From positions 1 to 58,765 of the IMG/VR virus record IMGVR_UViG_3300049828_000243: a stretch of DNA of 58,765 bases; one strand, 5' to 3'. Under the pieces are notes generated by a model. The model was given only the letters and a program-made list of their open reading frames with translations, ran no database searches and was not told the origin of the DNA. Source of the DNA: a virus. Its lineage: Duplodnaviria; Caudoviricetes. The position numbers and the translations under genes are program-made. Of the stretch, positions 1 to 10,113 are shown piece by piece. Positions within the stretch are counted from its first letter, which is position 1, and each line of letters starts with the position of its first letter.

Positions 1-174
1 GTCTATATCCGCAGCGGCGATGCGCGGCTGCGCCGCGGCGTCAGGCGCGTTCATAGGGTCGAACCACGGCGTCTGGCGCGCGCCTTGCGGCGACACGGCG
101 AGTGCGCGACGGCGTGCTTCGGCGCGAGCGCCAGCGTTCGGAGTCGGCGTGTACGGGTCTTCGGTACGGATCAT
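1..174 (-). CDS. Partial virion/ejection protein (runs off the left edge)
   Basis: ATG at 174 with AGGTG upstream, just after the stop of the previous gene; frame open to the edge (MIRTEDPYTPTPNAG...). Confidence 0.6.
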   Translation of the reverse strand, partial: MIRTEDPYTPTPNAGARAEARRRALAVSPQGARQTPWFDPMNAPDAAAQPRIAAADID

Positions 175-185
175 TGCGACACCTA

Positions 186-2069
186 TCAGGTTGCGATTTC
201 GCCGTTGTAGTTGAACGACGTGTTGCACGAAGCAGAGTTGCTGTCGCTCTGCGACGAGCTGACGCCTGCGGAGAAGTTTACAGCAGACATTGCCGAAGCG
301 GCGAGCTGCGCAGCCGCAGCGGCAGCGCCTTTCTTGGCCTCAAGCAGCAATGCGGCCATCTGGTTGATCGCCGTGATGTTCAGTTCTGCGTTCTTGATCT
401 GAATCTCCGTCTCGGAGCGCGCCGCTTCTACGGCAGCTTGGAACTGGCGCGCGCCTGCTTCGGCTGCTGCACCGGCTATGCTGCCAGCCGCTGCGTACAC
501 ACGCGCATTTGCGTCGCCGACCGAGACAACCGCCTGTGCATACGAAGCGCTTGCGCGCACCTTTTCGGCTTGCGCAGCAATCTTGGCCTTGTACGCCTCG
601 ACTTCGCCAAGCTTGATGGCCGTGCGCGCGCGGTTCTCTTCGATCTTGAGGTTGTTCTGGCTGGCCCAAGCCTGCACGCGGGTGGCGTACGCGCCGACAG
701 CGATCTCGTACACACGCGCGCGGCCGACGTTCGCATCGACTTGCGAGCGGAAACCTTCCCACTCCAACGCATGCGCACGAACCTGTTCGGAGTATGCCTG
801 CACCTGCGTGCGGTAGCCGTCGTAGATAGCGTTGTTGCCTTCCACGCGAGCTTTCGCCGCGTCGACACGCGCCTTGAACACTTCTACTTCGGCGAGCGTC
901 GCACGAACCATCTCGGCGTACATGCGCACGCGCTGCTCGTTGATTTCGCCGCGCAGACGTTCGGCGTCGATCTGCGCCTTGAACACTTCGACCTTGGCGA
1001 GTTCGGCTTCGATCAGGCCTCGGTACACCTGAGCGTACACGTTGTACGACTGCACTTCGGCGTTGTGCAGCGTGACGCGGGCGTTGAAGATGTTGATGGA
1101 CGCTTCGAGCGTGTACTTGTTGGCTTCGAGCGTCAGCTCCTGCTCGCGCATGTGTTCGCCGATGAGCACCTGCGTGAGAGCGATACCCTGCGAGATAGCG
1201 AAGCGGAAGTTCTCGCGTTCGACTTCGTCCTCGCGGATGTAAATCTCGCGGTTGAGCTTGTTGCGCTCGGCAGCCGCGTTGAAGCGCACTTCGGCGAGGC
1301 GGTCACTCAAGATGCCGTTCGGTTCAGAGAAGCCGCGAGCAGCGAACTCGTCGACCGCGGTACGCACTTGCCGCTGCTCTTCGCGGTCGACTTGCGCGAA
1401 CGCGCGGGCGCGAATCGCAGACACGACAGCTTCCGGGAAGCCAGTCCCGCCGGCGAGGAAGTCCTCGATCTTTGAACGCACGCTGGTGAGCAACGAGTCG
1501 CTGTACGGCTGGTACTCGAATCCGAACGTGTTGGCCGGCGGAGTGAAGTTGACGACCGGACGCGTAGCGTCGAACGTCGGCATCGTGATCGTCGGCACTT
1601 CCGGAATAGTAAGCTCTTCCAGAGTAGGCAGCGCGACGGCCGTAATGGTCGGCGCTTCCGGGAACTCGACATCGTCGACATCGGGCGGGCCTTCCGGCGG
1701 TTCGAGCGTGAACGCTTCCGGCGGATCGATGTTGGTGAGCGTAGGCGGGTTACCGACGTTGTACGTCGGTGGGTTGGTCGTCGTGACACCTACAAACGCC
1801 GTATTAAGTCCGGGATCGTTGATCGCGAAATCGGCGCTCGGCATCGACAGATACCCGGGCATGGCCGGAGACGAAAACGCCTCAAGCTGCCCGCTGTACC
1901 CGAACGTGATCTGGTGGTTGGACGTAGACAGTTCGAAGTCAGCGAGAGCGCCGATTTGCGCTACAGCCATAGCGAACGCGCTGTTTGCGTAGTTCTGGAA
2001 CACGTTCCAGCCGCCAGACACCAGCGAGTACGCTGCGTTGCCGCTGACTACAGTAGGACACGAAGACAT
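186..2069 (-). CDS. Virion structural protein with Pro-rich linker and long coiled-coil C-terminus (tail/ejection)
   Basis: 627 aa, AGGAG RBS, Ala/Gln/Glu heptad-rich C-terminal half, in the tail block. Confidence 0.65.
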   Translation of the reverse strand: MSSCPTVVSGNAAYSLVSGGWNVFQNYANSAFAMAVAQIGALADFELSTSNHQITFGYSGQLEAFSSPAMPGYLSMPSADFAINDPGLNTAFVGVTTTNPPTYNVGNPPTLTNIDPPEAFTLEPPEGPPDVDDVEFPEAPTITAVALPTLEELTIPEVPTITMPTFDATRPVVNFTPPANTFGFEYQPYSDSLLTSVRSKIEDFLAGGTGFPEAVVSAIRARAFAQVDREEQRQVRTAVDEFAARGFSEPNGILSDRLAEVRFNAAAERNKLNREIYIREDEVERENFRFAISQGIALTQVLIGEHMREQELTLEANKYTLEASINIFNARVTLHNAEVQSYNVYAQVYRGLIEAELAKVEVFKAQIDAERLRGEINEQRVRMYAEMVRATLAEVEVFKARVDAAKARVEGNNAIYDGYRTQVQAYSEQVRAHALEWEGFRSQVDANVGRARVYEIAVGAYATRVQAWASQNNLKIEENRARTAIKLGEVEAYKAKIAAQAEKVRASASYAQAVVSVGDANARVYAAAGSIAGAAAEAGARQFQAAVEAARSETEIQIKNAELNITAINQMAALLLEAKKGAAAAAAQLAASAMSAVNFSAGVSSSQSDSNSASCNTSFNYNGEIAT

Positions 2070-2084
2070 GTCAGTTGGCTCCTA

Positions 2085-3203
2085 TCAAATACGCCGCGAC
2101 AGCGGTACAAAGTAGAGTTGCACGTTCTCAAGCTCGAAGTCTGCGCCAGCTTTGTTCACGAGTTCGAACTCCCAGTACACGGACTTCAAGCCCTTACCGA
2201 CCTTGACGCGACCTTCGCGCGGAGCGTCGGCGTTCTGCGGCTTCATCTCGTACCAGTACTCTTCCTTGGCGCCCTGCTCGCTCGTTACCACTACCTTGAG
2301 TACGACGGTGCCGTCGCTCGTGTAGCCGACGTACGCCGACGGCACGCGCGCCATCTTGCCACGAAGAAGGTTGATAACGGCTGTGCGTACACGCGCTTCG
2401 ATTGGGTCGCCGTCGTCGTCGTCGCCTTCAAGGATGTAGATACCTTCCGGCGAAGCGCCGTAGTAACTACCGCCCATTTCTCCGAAGCTGTTGAACGGGT
2501 AGTTCGAGTACTCAGACACAGCGCGGTTCTCGGTGTTCATGACGAACCCGGAGAACACATCGTCTACTACCTGCAACGTGGCGAACAGCGGGACGCTGTC
2601 GCGCAGCGCCTCAACGAGCGTGGCGGAAGCAGACACTTCGTCAGAGAACGAGACGGTCTCCGACACGATGCCGACCACACTCATAGACGTAGTTACAGTG
2701 TCGCCGGCACCTACGCTGTCGACAATATGGTCAAACGCGACGAGCAACGTAGCAACTGCGTCGGCGCCGCCGAACACTTCTTCGACAATCGCGTTCACGA
2801 CAGGCGCTAGGCGGTCGTCAAACGCTGCGGCTTCCGCCAACTGAATTAGGGCGTCAAGCGTGGACGTAGCCTGCCCGGAAACAATCATCGTCTCGACAAG
2901 CTCGACAACAGCTACGCGAGATGCTGCTAGCGTGTCCGCAGTGCCGATAACGTCCGCCAACGCTTCGCGGAAAATCGAGATCAACGCGTCCGCGAGTCCG
3001 ACGGACTCCGACAGCGCGTTGAACGCCGTGAGCGAGCTGGAGGATACGTCCGCCGTACCGATGCGCTCGATGATGCGCATGACCCAGTCTGGCGTGGCGG
3101 TGTCGTTCATGGACATAGTGTCCGACACGTTGACGAACACGTCTCCGCTCGACGCCATTGCGCCGAGTGGCGATGCACCGAGTGGAGAGGCGCCGAGGAT
3201 CAT
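2085..3203 (-). CDS. Tail-associated structural protein with repetitive acidic beta-rich N-terminal half
   Basis: 372 aa, repeated E/D-x-V-x-x-x-D units, start overlaps the stop of the fibre gene. Confidence 0.6.
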   Translation of the reverse strand: MILGASPLGASPLGAMASSGDVFVNVSDTMSMNDTATPDWVMRIIERIGTADVSSSSLTAFNALSESVGLADALISIFREALADVIGTADTLAASRVAVVELVETMIVSGQATSTLDALIQLAEAAAFDDRLAPVVNAIVEEVFGGADAVATLLVAFDHIVDSVGAGDTVTTSMSVVGIVSETVSFSDEVSASATLVEALRDSVPLFATLQVVDDVFSGFVMNTENRAVSEYSNYPFNSFGEMGGSYYGASPEGIYILEGDDDDGDPIEARVRTAVINLLRGKMARVPSAYVGYTSDGTVVLKVVVTSEQGAKEEYWYEMKPQNADAPREGRVKVGKGLKSVYWEFELVNKAGADFELENVQLYFVPLSRRI

Positions 3204-4561
3204 CAGTAGAAATACTCAGTGATGGTGTTGAAGCGGCCGGTCCAGTTGATCGTCGTCGCGGCGGCGCCGGTCACGTCGAAGCGCAGTGACTGAGTTCCGA
3301 CGTTGACGGATACCGCGAGCGCCCACGTCGTAGCGCCAGCGTCTTCGCCGATCTCGGTCACGGTTGGCGTACCGACAAGGGCGATGTTGCCGCCGGTGTT
3401 CCGCTTCACCATGCCCTCAACCTTCCACGACTTGGCATCTGTCGCAGAGCGCGCAGACACGATGCCGGTGAACGTGTACGAATATCCCTCAATGATGTCG
3501 AGTTCTCCGTACGTCACTGCGTCGCGGTAGAACTGCAGGTAGGTCGGCGTAGCATCCGTCGTCTGTGCGTACTGCAGAAAGTGCCCGCAGTCGGCGCCGA
3601 ACGATACGCCGTCGTCCCAGCTATGCATGATCGAGTTGGGCAGCCCAGCCCATCCGCCGCTTCCGAGCGCTACAGCTCCGCGCGCCGTAGCGTATGCAGC
3701 GAACCCCACAGCAGTTGCGAACGCGAAGCCGACGCCGGCGCCCCGGCCGATAACCGTCGCGCCTTCCGAATCGATATTCGTGGTTGCTTGGTAGCCGACC
3801 AGTACGCAGGACGGGCTGTTGGTCCCGGTCTGTGCTGCCGGTCCGACCACGACAGAATTTTCGCTCGTCGCTTGCACAATCGCCCCTAAGCCTACGGCCA
3901 CGCTGTGATCGCCAGCGCACGTAGCGCTGGCGATCGCTGCTGAGTTGGCACCGGACGCGGATGCGCTACTGCCGACCGATGTAGAACCGTACCCCGTAGC
4001 AGACGCAGAGTGGCCGAACGCGACAGTATAACCGTCTGTCGCGGCGGCCCCGATGCCGACGGCGAGCGCGCCTGTATTTGTTCCGAGGTTGACCAAAACT
4101 TCCTTCCATGCCGCTGCGCCAACAGTTTCAGTCGTGCACACCCACTCCCGCGCGCCGTATATCCAGCGCGAACCGACGTGGTAGCCGTCGTCGGAGTCGT
4201 CGTTGACCGTAGGTGCTGCACCGGCTGCAAGGTTGTGCTTCATGCGTACGAGGTCTGCGCGACTGGCAACTACGCCACACGCAAGCGTCTTGTTTCCGGG
4301 AGCCCAGCTCACAGCTAGGTTGCTGTTACTAGATTTCAGGATCGTCGTGCGCGCAAGCGTGCTCGGTGACGTGTACGTGCCGACGAACAACTCGTATCCG
4401 CCTTCGCCGTCTTCGACGTAGAAGATGCCAGTTTCGCCGTTAGCGAAACCGGAAGTTACGGACAAGAAGCCAGTGGCCGGCAAAGCGCCGACGGTGTAAC
4501 TGCCGGTCCCCTCCGTAGTCACAGTTTCTTTGACGCGATCAACCAAACGTGGAGCTGCCAT
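3203..4561 (-). CDS. Tail fibre / receptor-binding protein with YadA-head-like repeats
   Basis: N-terminal DRVKET tail-attachment-like segment; about 14-aa repeats such as AVGIGAAA, VAFGHSASA, AVGLGA, AVGFAAYA; likely start at MAAPR. Confidence 0.75.
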   Translation of the reverse strand: MAAPRLVDRVKETVTTEGTGSYTVGALPATGFLSVTSGFANGETGIFYVEDGEGGYELFVGTYTSPSTLARTTILKSSNSNLAVSWAPGNKTLACGVVASRADLVRMKHNLAAGAAPTVNDDSDDGYHVGSRWIYGAREWVCTTETVGAAAWKEVLVNLGTNTGALAVGIGAAATDGYTVAFGHSASATGYGSTSVGSSASASGANSAAIASATCAGDHSVAVGLGAIVQATSENSVVVGPAAQTGTNSPSCVLVGYQATTNIDSEGATVIGRGAGVGFAFATAVGFAAYATARGAVALGSGGWAGLPNSIMHSWDDGVSFGADCGHFLQYAQTTDATPTYLQFYRDAVTYGELDIIEGYSYTFTGIVSARSATDAKSWKVEGMVKRNTGGNIALVGTPTVTEIGEDAGATTWALAVSVNVGTQSLRFDVTGAAATTINWTGRFNTITEYFY

Positions 4562-4562
4562 G

Positions 4563-7253
4563 TCATGCCCACCCAATGAAAGAGAAAAGTTCGTCAGTCT
4601 TAGCCGCGTACCCGCTCACCTGTGTGATCGGCTCCAGTTCGCCGGTGCGACGGACGGAAGTGTACCGCGCGAAGTCACCGCCGTCGCTCTGCCACACCTT
4701 AGCGTTGATTCCAGAGTACGGAGTATCGTCGATGAACTGGTAGTACTGTACGGAGTTCGTGTAGTAGATGCGCAACGGAGAGGTCGGCACATACGCCGCC
4801 GGACTCCAGTGTACGTTGCACGACGGGTGGTCAGGCGAACCTGAACTTGTGGACGTAGCTGCGACTAGGTCGTCAAGCTGAACCGACGTGCCGCGTGCGA
4901 CGAACCACGAATCGAGCCGCGACTCGTAACCAGAGTACGAAGCGCTCGAGGACGTGTCCACGTCGTAGCCGACGAAGCCGCCGTACGGAGGAGAGTCGTT
5001 CGCGCACCAGTTCACGATGACGTCTGACGAGCACGATACACTGGTTAGCAGGTAGGCCGTGTGCCCGGGCGGGCACGTACCTCCGAAGTCGAAGTAGCCG
5101 TCGCCGGTTGCGGTGCGCACAGTCCGGTACGGTTCTTCGAACGTCGCGTCTACAGCGCTGTTGTTACCGGTCTTGACAGACTCAGTGTTTACGCGGAAGT
5201 ACGCTGACGACGCGTCGAACTGCGGCACGTTCATGATGTGCCGCTGTACGTTTTCCCCGTCAAACGTACCTGTCTGCTTAGTGCGGATACGCTTGCGATA
5301 CTCTTCTACGTGCTCCGCGTAGCCGGATGCGCACACGGTATCGCCGTCCACGTTCGGGTCCGGAATACACACTGTAGTTGTGCCGGTGTCCGAGCACGCA
5401 GAGCCAGTGATCGTAGGCGGGAAGCAATTTGTAACGGCGTCGTACGTTCCGTAGCACCCCTCGGACGGGTTGTTGTCTGCAGTCTGTACGTCGTCATCTA
5501 GGAAAACGCGATACTTTGAGTTGTGGTTACGTGCTTCATCGCCGAGACCGGTCTGTCCGTCAGACTCGTAGTCTTCGTCCCAAAACGGGTAGCGGTTAGA
5601 AAGCGACACGTCGCTGTAATACGAAGTGTAGAAACCGTCGCGCACGACGCGAATCCAAGCGTTGTTGGAGTTGTCGCAAGTGACGCCTTCGCCACAAAGC
5701 GCTGTGGCGCACGGGCACGTGTCGCTGTCGCCGCCGTGCGACTGCCGCACGTCGAACGAACGCGGGCTAGTGGCGCAGTCGCCGTCTACTAGGTCGGAAG
5801 AAGCGTCGACAGAGGCGAACTCGTGGCGGACGAGCACGAGTGTGTCGTCTTCGTACCAGCAGTACACAGGCGCGTCGTAGTCGTACACCGGAGTGACGAG
5901 CCCGAAAGTATTGAAATCGGAATTCGCAGAAGTAGCGAAGAACGTAGCGTCCAACCCAGTCGAAATGCCGACGCGCTTGAATGCAGGCCATGCGTAGTAT
6001 ATGCCGGGGTGCGCGTAAAACTGGTCAATCCATCCTTCCACTGGCTCAGACGACGTGATGCTGATGTCCGGCAAACCGTCAGTCGTGATGAACGCCATAG
6101 TGCGCACGATCCACTCTCCGCTGCGCACCATGCCAGTGTGTGTGAACCCGTTGACGGTAATGTCCTGCGGGTCTTCTGGCGTGAGCGTGACGACAGCCGC
6201 TGCCGTGCCAGAGCCGTTGAACTTCCAACCGTACGGGCCTACTGCCGGCAGGTACTCTTCCGGGATAGCGCGCTCGACGGCAACGTCGTTCTCCGGCATT
6301 AGCTGCGACATTAGGAACGTCGACAGTTTCTGGTAGTCAGGGTGGCCGCGACCTACTTGCAGCAAGTATCCGCGAAGCAGCTTGCCACAGTCCGTCAGGT
6401 TCGCCTTGCGAAACTCCACCTTCTGACCAGACGAAGCGTGAGGCCAGATAGTCGCGAACCAGAAGTCTAGCTGCCGGGTTGGATCAACGATGCCGCACAC
6501 GTGGTAGCTGCGGAAATCCAGATTGATCGAACCGTATTCCGTGTTGCCATCTTCGTCCTTCTGCGCAGTCATAACCTGCAACTTCGGGACGGTGACCGTA
6601 GGAACGGTGCCACCGAATGGGTATTCGATCCAGTATCCGGGTACGGTTCCGTACACAGCGCTTGAAGTGCCGTACAGTGCCTGCACCCAGCGGCGCATTA
6701 GACCAGTGAAGCACGAAGCTGGGACGAGGAACTGCGCGGTTTTCTTTGCGGCGACAGTCGCGATTACATTGTCGTCAGCGTCGCGAACTTCGTCGCAAGC
6801 GTGCGATTCGCCGTCTGCAGGCGCGCTTGCGCCGGTCTGTACGGCGTACGAGTCTCCGTAGCGGGATACGTTGACAGTGCCGTTGAAGCGTGCGTTGTGC
6901 GCGGTGCGAGTGTTGAACGTCAGCTCTGGCGCAACGCCGCTGTCCGACAAGCTTGCGACTGACGGGCCGAGCGACAGTTGCCCGCTCTCCATGAAGATAG
7001 AGCACGAATCGAGAGGGACACGCGCGACTACTTCGTCAGCAGCGTAAATCTCCGCAATCGGAACACTGCCGTCGGCAATTACGCGGATGACAGTGCCGTC
7101 GTCGAGCTTGACCGTACGCGCGCCGTGCTTTAGCCCGCCACGCAACACGCGCTCTACTACCTCGCCGACGAGTTTGCGCCCGCGCTCAAAATAGCGCTTG
7201 GCGGCCTCAGAAGAGAGCCGCCAGCGAACCTCGCCGTTGTGGCGAGCCATCAC
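4563..7253 (-). CDS. Large tail/virion protein with Cys-rich C-terminal half
   Basis: 896 aa ORF coupled to both neighbours in the tail block. Confidence 0.6.
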   Translation of the reverse strand: MMARHNGEVRWRLSSEAAKRYFERGRKLVGEVVERVLRGGLKHGARTVKLDDGTVIRVIADGSVPIAEIYAADEVVARVPLDSCSIFMESGQLSLGPSVASLSDSGVAPELTFNTRTAHNARFNGTVNVSRYGDSYAVQTGASAPADGESHACDEVRDADDNVIATVAAKKTAQFLVPASCFTGLMRRWVQALYGTSSAVYGTVPGYWIEYPFGGTVPTVTVPKLQVMTAQKDEDGNTEYGSINLDFRSYHVCGIVDPTRQLDFWFATIWPHASSGQKVEFRKANLTDCGKLLRGYLLQVGRGHPDYQKLSTFLMSQLMPENDVAVERAIPEEYLPAVGPYGWKFNGSGTAAAVVTLTPEDPQDITVNGFTHTGMVRSGEWIVRTMAFITTDGLPDISITSSEPVEGWIDQFYAHPGIYYAWPAFKRVGISTGLDATFFATSANSDFNTFGLVTPVYDYDAPVYCWYEDDTLVLVRHEFASVDASSDLVDGDCATSPRSFDVRQSHGGDSDTCPCATALCGEGVTCDNSNNAWIRVVRDGFYTSYYSDVSLSNRYPFWDEDYESDGQTGLGDEARNHNSKYRVFLDDDVQTADNNPSEGCYGTYDAVTNCFPPTITGSACSDTGTTTVCIPDPNVDGDTVCASGYAEHVEEYRKRIRTKQTGTFDGENVQRHIMNVPQFDASSAYFRVNTESVKTGNNSAVDATFEEPYRTVRTATGDGYFDFGGTCPPGHTAYLLTSVSCSSDVIVNWCANDSPPYGGFVGYDVDTSSSASYSGYESRLDSWFVARGTSVQLDDLVAATSTSSGSPDHPSCNVHWSPAAYVPTSPLRIYYTNSVQYYQFIDDTPYSGINAKVWQSDGGDFARYTSVRRTGELEPITQVSGYAAKTDELFSFIGWA

Positions 7254-7894
7254 ACATCCTGTGCGCTGATCGAGTACTGCAGACGCAGGATGTCTCCGGC
7301 GCTCATGACGCGATCAGAGCTGAACTTCGAAGCACTGAACAGCGTGCCGGAGTCCGAACTCTTGGCCGAAGACGAAATGAGCGCAGCGCCGCGAACAGTT
7401 CCGCCGCCAGTGCTGATGGTGAACGCCGCCGGCGTCACGTCGTTCTCGATGGTCTGTGTGTCTTCGGCTTCCTGCTCCCATTCGGGGCGGGTGGCTTCGT
7501 CATAGTTGACGAACTCGTTCATTTCGAGCGAGCCCGGGTACGTAGCGGCCGTGAGCGCGGCTACCGGGGTAGTGTTCGCGATGAACGGCGACACGTACCA
7601 CGTGCTGATCTGCGTGAAGCCAGCGAAGATAGCTTTGAGCGCGTACGACAGGCCTTCGTTCACGACGATGTTCGGGTCGACAGCATGCTCACCGAACTCT
7701 TCGCAGCCGCGCCGACGAACGCAGCTCAGCCAGTTGCCACCTACGAACAGGCCCGCGGTAGGGAACAGAACCCCACCTTGGCCGATTTCGAAGCGGCCGT
7801 TTTCCAGCGCGCGTGCAAGCTCGGAACGGGCCGCACGGGACAGACGATTGATATTGTTCATGTGTGGCTCCGTTACCATTTGCCGATAGGACAT
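7250..7894 (-). CDS. Virion structural protein (tail collar/fibre adaptor-like)
   Basis: NIVVNEG...TVRGAAL...GTLFSASKF...GDILRLQY pattern typical of small phage structural proteins. Confidence 0.6.
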   Translation of the reverse strand: MSYRQMVTEPHMNNINRLSRAARSELARALENGRFEIGQGGVLFPTAGLFVGGNWLSCVRRRGCEEFGEHAVDPNIVVNEGLSYALKAIFAGFTQISTWYVSPFIANTTPVAALTAATYPGSLEMNEFVNYDEATRPEWEQEAEDTQTIENDVTPAAFTISTGGGTVRGAALISSSAKSSDSGTLFSASKFSSDRVMSAGDILRLQYSISAQDV

Positions 7895-8148
7895 TTCTCA
7901 CCGGGTAGGTGAGTCTTAAGTGCGGCGATGCAGCCGCATTTCTTACACCGCCCGTTCTGTAGGAACGGACACTTCAAACACACGCCGTAGCGCATCTGCT
8001 GCAGAACAGCGTTGCGTTTTGACGCCTCGCTGTTGCGCTTCGCAAGCGCCCGGGCTTTGCCGGCGACTTTCGTAGCGATGTTACTGATCGACAACAACAC
8101 CGTTGCGTACCACCGTTGCAACCACGCTATCACGCGCACGGAAACCAT
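7873..8148 (-). CDS. Small Cys-rich protein (DUF6171-like); start uncertain
   Basis: CxxC...CxxCGC...K...CPxxKW C-terminus; fills the gap between two structural genes. Confidence 0.6.
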   Translation of the reverse strand: MVSVRVIAWLQRWYATVLLSISNIATKVAGKARALAKRNSEASKRNAVLQQMRYGVCLKCPFLQNGRCKKCGCIAALKTHLPGEKCPIGKW

Positions 8149-9406
8149 CTACGCCTCGCCCTTTGAGATTGACCATGATGTGCCGCTGGCCCATGTACTC
8201 GCGAAGAATAGACGCGCCGCGCGACGAACTTGGCGCAGTGTAGCTTGCTTCGGTGAGCGGCGTTACCGAACCACTCGCGCTACCGGCGCAGAACACGCCG
8301 TTCGATGCTACCCACACTGGCATGCGCGAAGCTTGTTCTCCGCCGAAAATGGTGCCGCGCGCGAACACCTGCGAGCCGACGACTGCGCCATGCGGGTACA
8401 CGATGGTGCGGCGCATCTTCTTCGGATCATCGCCTTCCATGTAGTACGTGCGCTTTCCAGCGGCGATGAACAGTCCGCCGGATGACCCTTCACTAGACGG
8501 TGCGAGCAGCGAAACGTCGTCGTCGAACCGGATGTAGTTGCGAGTCGGATCGTAGTAACCGTAGCGGAGCGCGTCAGACCAGTAGAGCATGCGCCCGCTG
8601 GCGACCCACAAACGCCCGTTATAATACGCGACGATGTGGCCCGGCGGCAGCGGTTTGAGCCACAGCGTGTCGAGCGTGCGCGTAGTGTGGCCCGCAGCAC
8701 CGATGACCACTTGCGACGACCCGTTCACGACAGACCGTTTAAGGAACAGCGTCTCGCCGTTGCAGTCAGTGACGTACACGCCGACGCTCGTCACAGTAGG
8801 GTCTGCAGACTGCGACATACTGCCGACCATGATGCCTTGGCCTTCCGCAACATCTACGACGGCAGGCTGGCAAGCGCCGGACTCTTCGCCGTTCGACGCG
8901 ATGTACGTCGTGGCGACGATGTATGAACCTTCGTGCAGCCCGCCTACGCTGTGCGCAGATACGTTCGGAGTGCCCGGGGCTTCGATGCCGAGCGGCAGCG
9001 CCTCGAGAGCCGCTGTGATGCGACCAGAGCGCTGCCGATTTGACCAGTAGACCGTGCGGTCCACGACCTCGTACGACACAGGCACAACGTGCCCGACACC
9101 GGTTACGAGCGGGGTAGTGTTGTAGTCGGAGTCGATGGCGACAAGCGCACTGTCGATGACTGCAAGCATGTACGGGAAGTCGGGCGCCGACCACAACGAG
9201 TGCGCAGAGCCAGCGATAACGCGGCTGTACCCGGCGCGGCGCTTAACGCGACCGTCGCGGTCAAAGTCGACGTTCTCAGCTTGGCGCACGCGGTACGGCG
9301 GCACCGATTGTTCGCGGTTTACGTTGTCGATGCCTTGAGCTGCGTCGCTACCGGGAGGCGGAGCGACGGGCAGCACAGTGCGAAGCTGGCCGTTCTCGAC
9401 AGTCAT
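8081..9406 (-). CDS. Tail nozzle/stabilisation-type protein
   Basis: GIDN...AENVD...G...RRAGY N-terminus and beta-propeller-like strands, after the adaptor gene. Confidence 0.6.
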   Translation of the reverse strand: MTVENGQLRTVLPVAPPPGSDAAQGIDNVNREQSVPPYRVRQAENVDFDRDGRVKRRAGYSRVIAGSAHSLWSAPDFPYMLAVIDSALVAIDSDYNTTPLVTGVGHVVPVSYEVVDRTVYWSNRQRSGRITAALEALPLGIEAPGTPNVSAHSVGGLHEGSYIVATTYIASNGEESGACQPAVVDVAEGQGIMVGSMSQSADPTVTSVGVYVTDCNGETLFLKRSVVNGSSQVVIGAAGHTTRTLDTLWLKPLPPGHIVAYYNGRLWVASGRMLYWSDALRYGYYDPTRNYIRFDDDVSLLAPSSEGSSGGLFIAAGKRTYYMEGDDPKKMRRTIVYPHGAVVGSQVFARGTIFGGEQASRMPVWVASNGVFCAGSASGSVTPLTEASYTAPSSSRGASILREYMGQRHIMVNLKGRGVDGFRARDSVVATVVRNGVVVDQ

Positions 9407-9409
9407 GTG

Positions 9410-10111
9410 TCACCAGTCCATCTTGATTCCGCCGCCGCCGCGACGCCGCTGGCGGCGCAGTGCGAGCTGGCGGTCAAGCGCTTGCGACTTGAACATGCCG
9501 TAGTACCCGACGCTGCGCGACAGGTCTTGCGCTTCCGCGTCATGCTTCTGGTAAGCGCGGTACTTCATGTACATGACGAGCAAGTTCTGGTCAGTCGGAT
9601 GCAAGAACGGCACCGGTGCGCCAGAAGCCATTGGCGCGATGCTGTCTACTACGACCTGTAGCTCGAGGACGTCGTCGTCCGTCGGGGTCGGCACGAGGCG
9701 CAGAGCATTCTTGGCGAAATCGCGAACGTATTGACGCGGAAGCCCAGTCGTGTTCGTCAGCGTCACGCCGGTGAGGCCGTAATCGGTCGACGGCGTGGTT
9801 GGGAATTGGTTTGCAGTGCTCGGCTGTACCTGAGTGTCAGTGCCGACAATGCGCGCTTCGCGCACGTCCATGACAGAGCACGGCAGACGCACGTCTGATT
9901 CACCAGCCACGATTGGGCGGGTGAGCACGCGGTACAGGCCGCGCGTCTCTTCGGACAACGCGGCGCACGCTTCGGTCATGTAACCGTAAATCTCGGCGTC
10001 CTTCCACAGACAGTCGCCATCGTCCGTCTCGGTCAACGATCCGCCGGCTGGCAGATCGTCGACTTCCTGACGGAAGACTGTGAGCAGCTCGTCCGCAGTC
10101 GAGACGGTCAT
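9410..10111 (-). CDS. Head-tail adaptor protein
   Basis: W-x-D-x-E-I-x-x-Y N-terminal helix and L-x-x-Y-x-x-Y-x-AY-x-K-x-D C-terminal motif of podovirus adaptors; position after the capsid genes. Confidence 0.65.
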   Translation of the reverse strand: MTVSTADELLTVFRQEVDDLPAGGSLTETDDGDCLWKDAEIYGYMTEACAALSEETRGLYRVLTRPIVAGESDVRLPCSVMDVREARIVGTDTQVQPSTANQFPTTPSTDYGLTGVTLTNTTGLPRQYVRDFAKNALRLVPTPTDDDVLELQVVVDSIAPMASGAPVPFLHPTDQNLLVMYMKYRAYQKHDAEAQDLSRSVGYYGMFKSQALDRQLALRRQRRRGGGGIKMDW

Positions 10112-10113
10112 GG

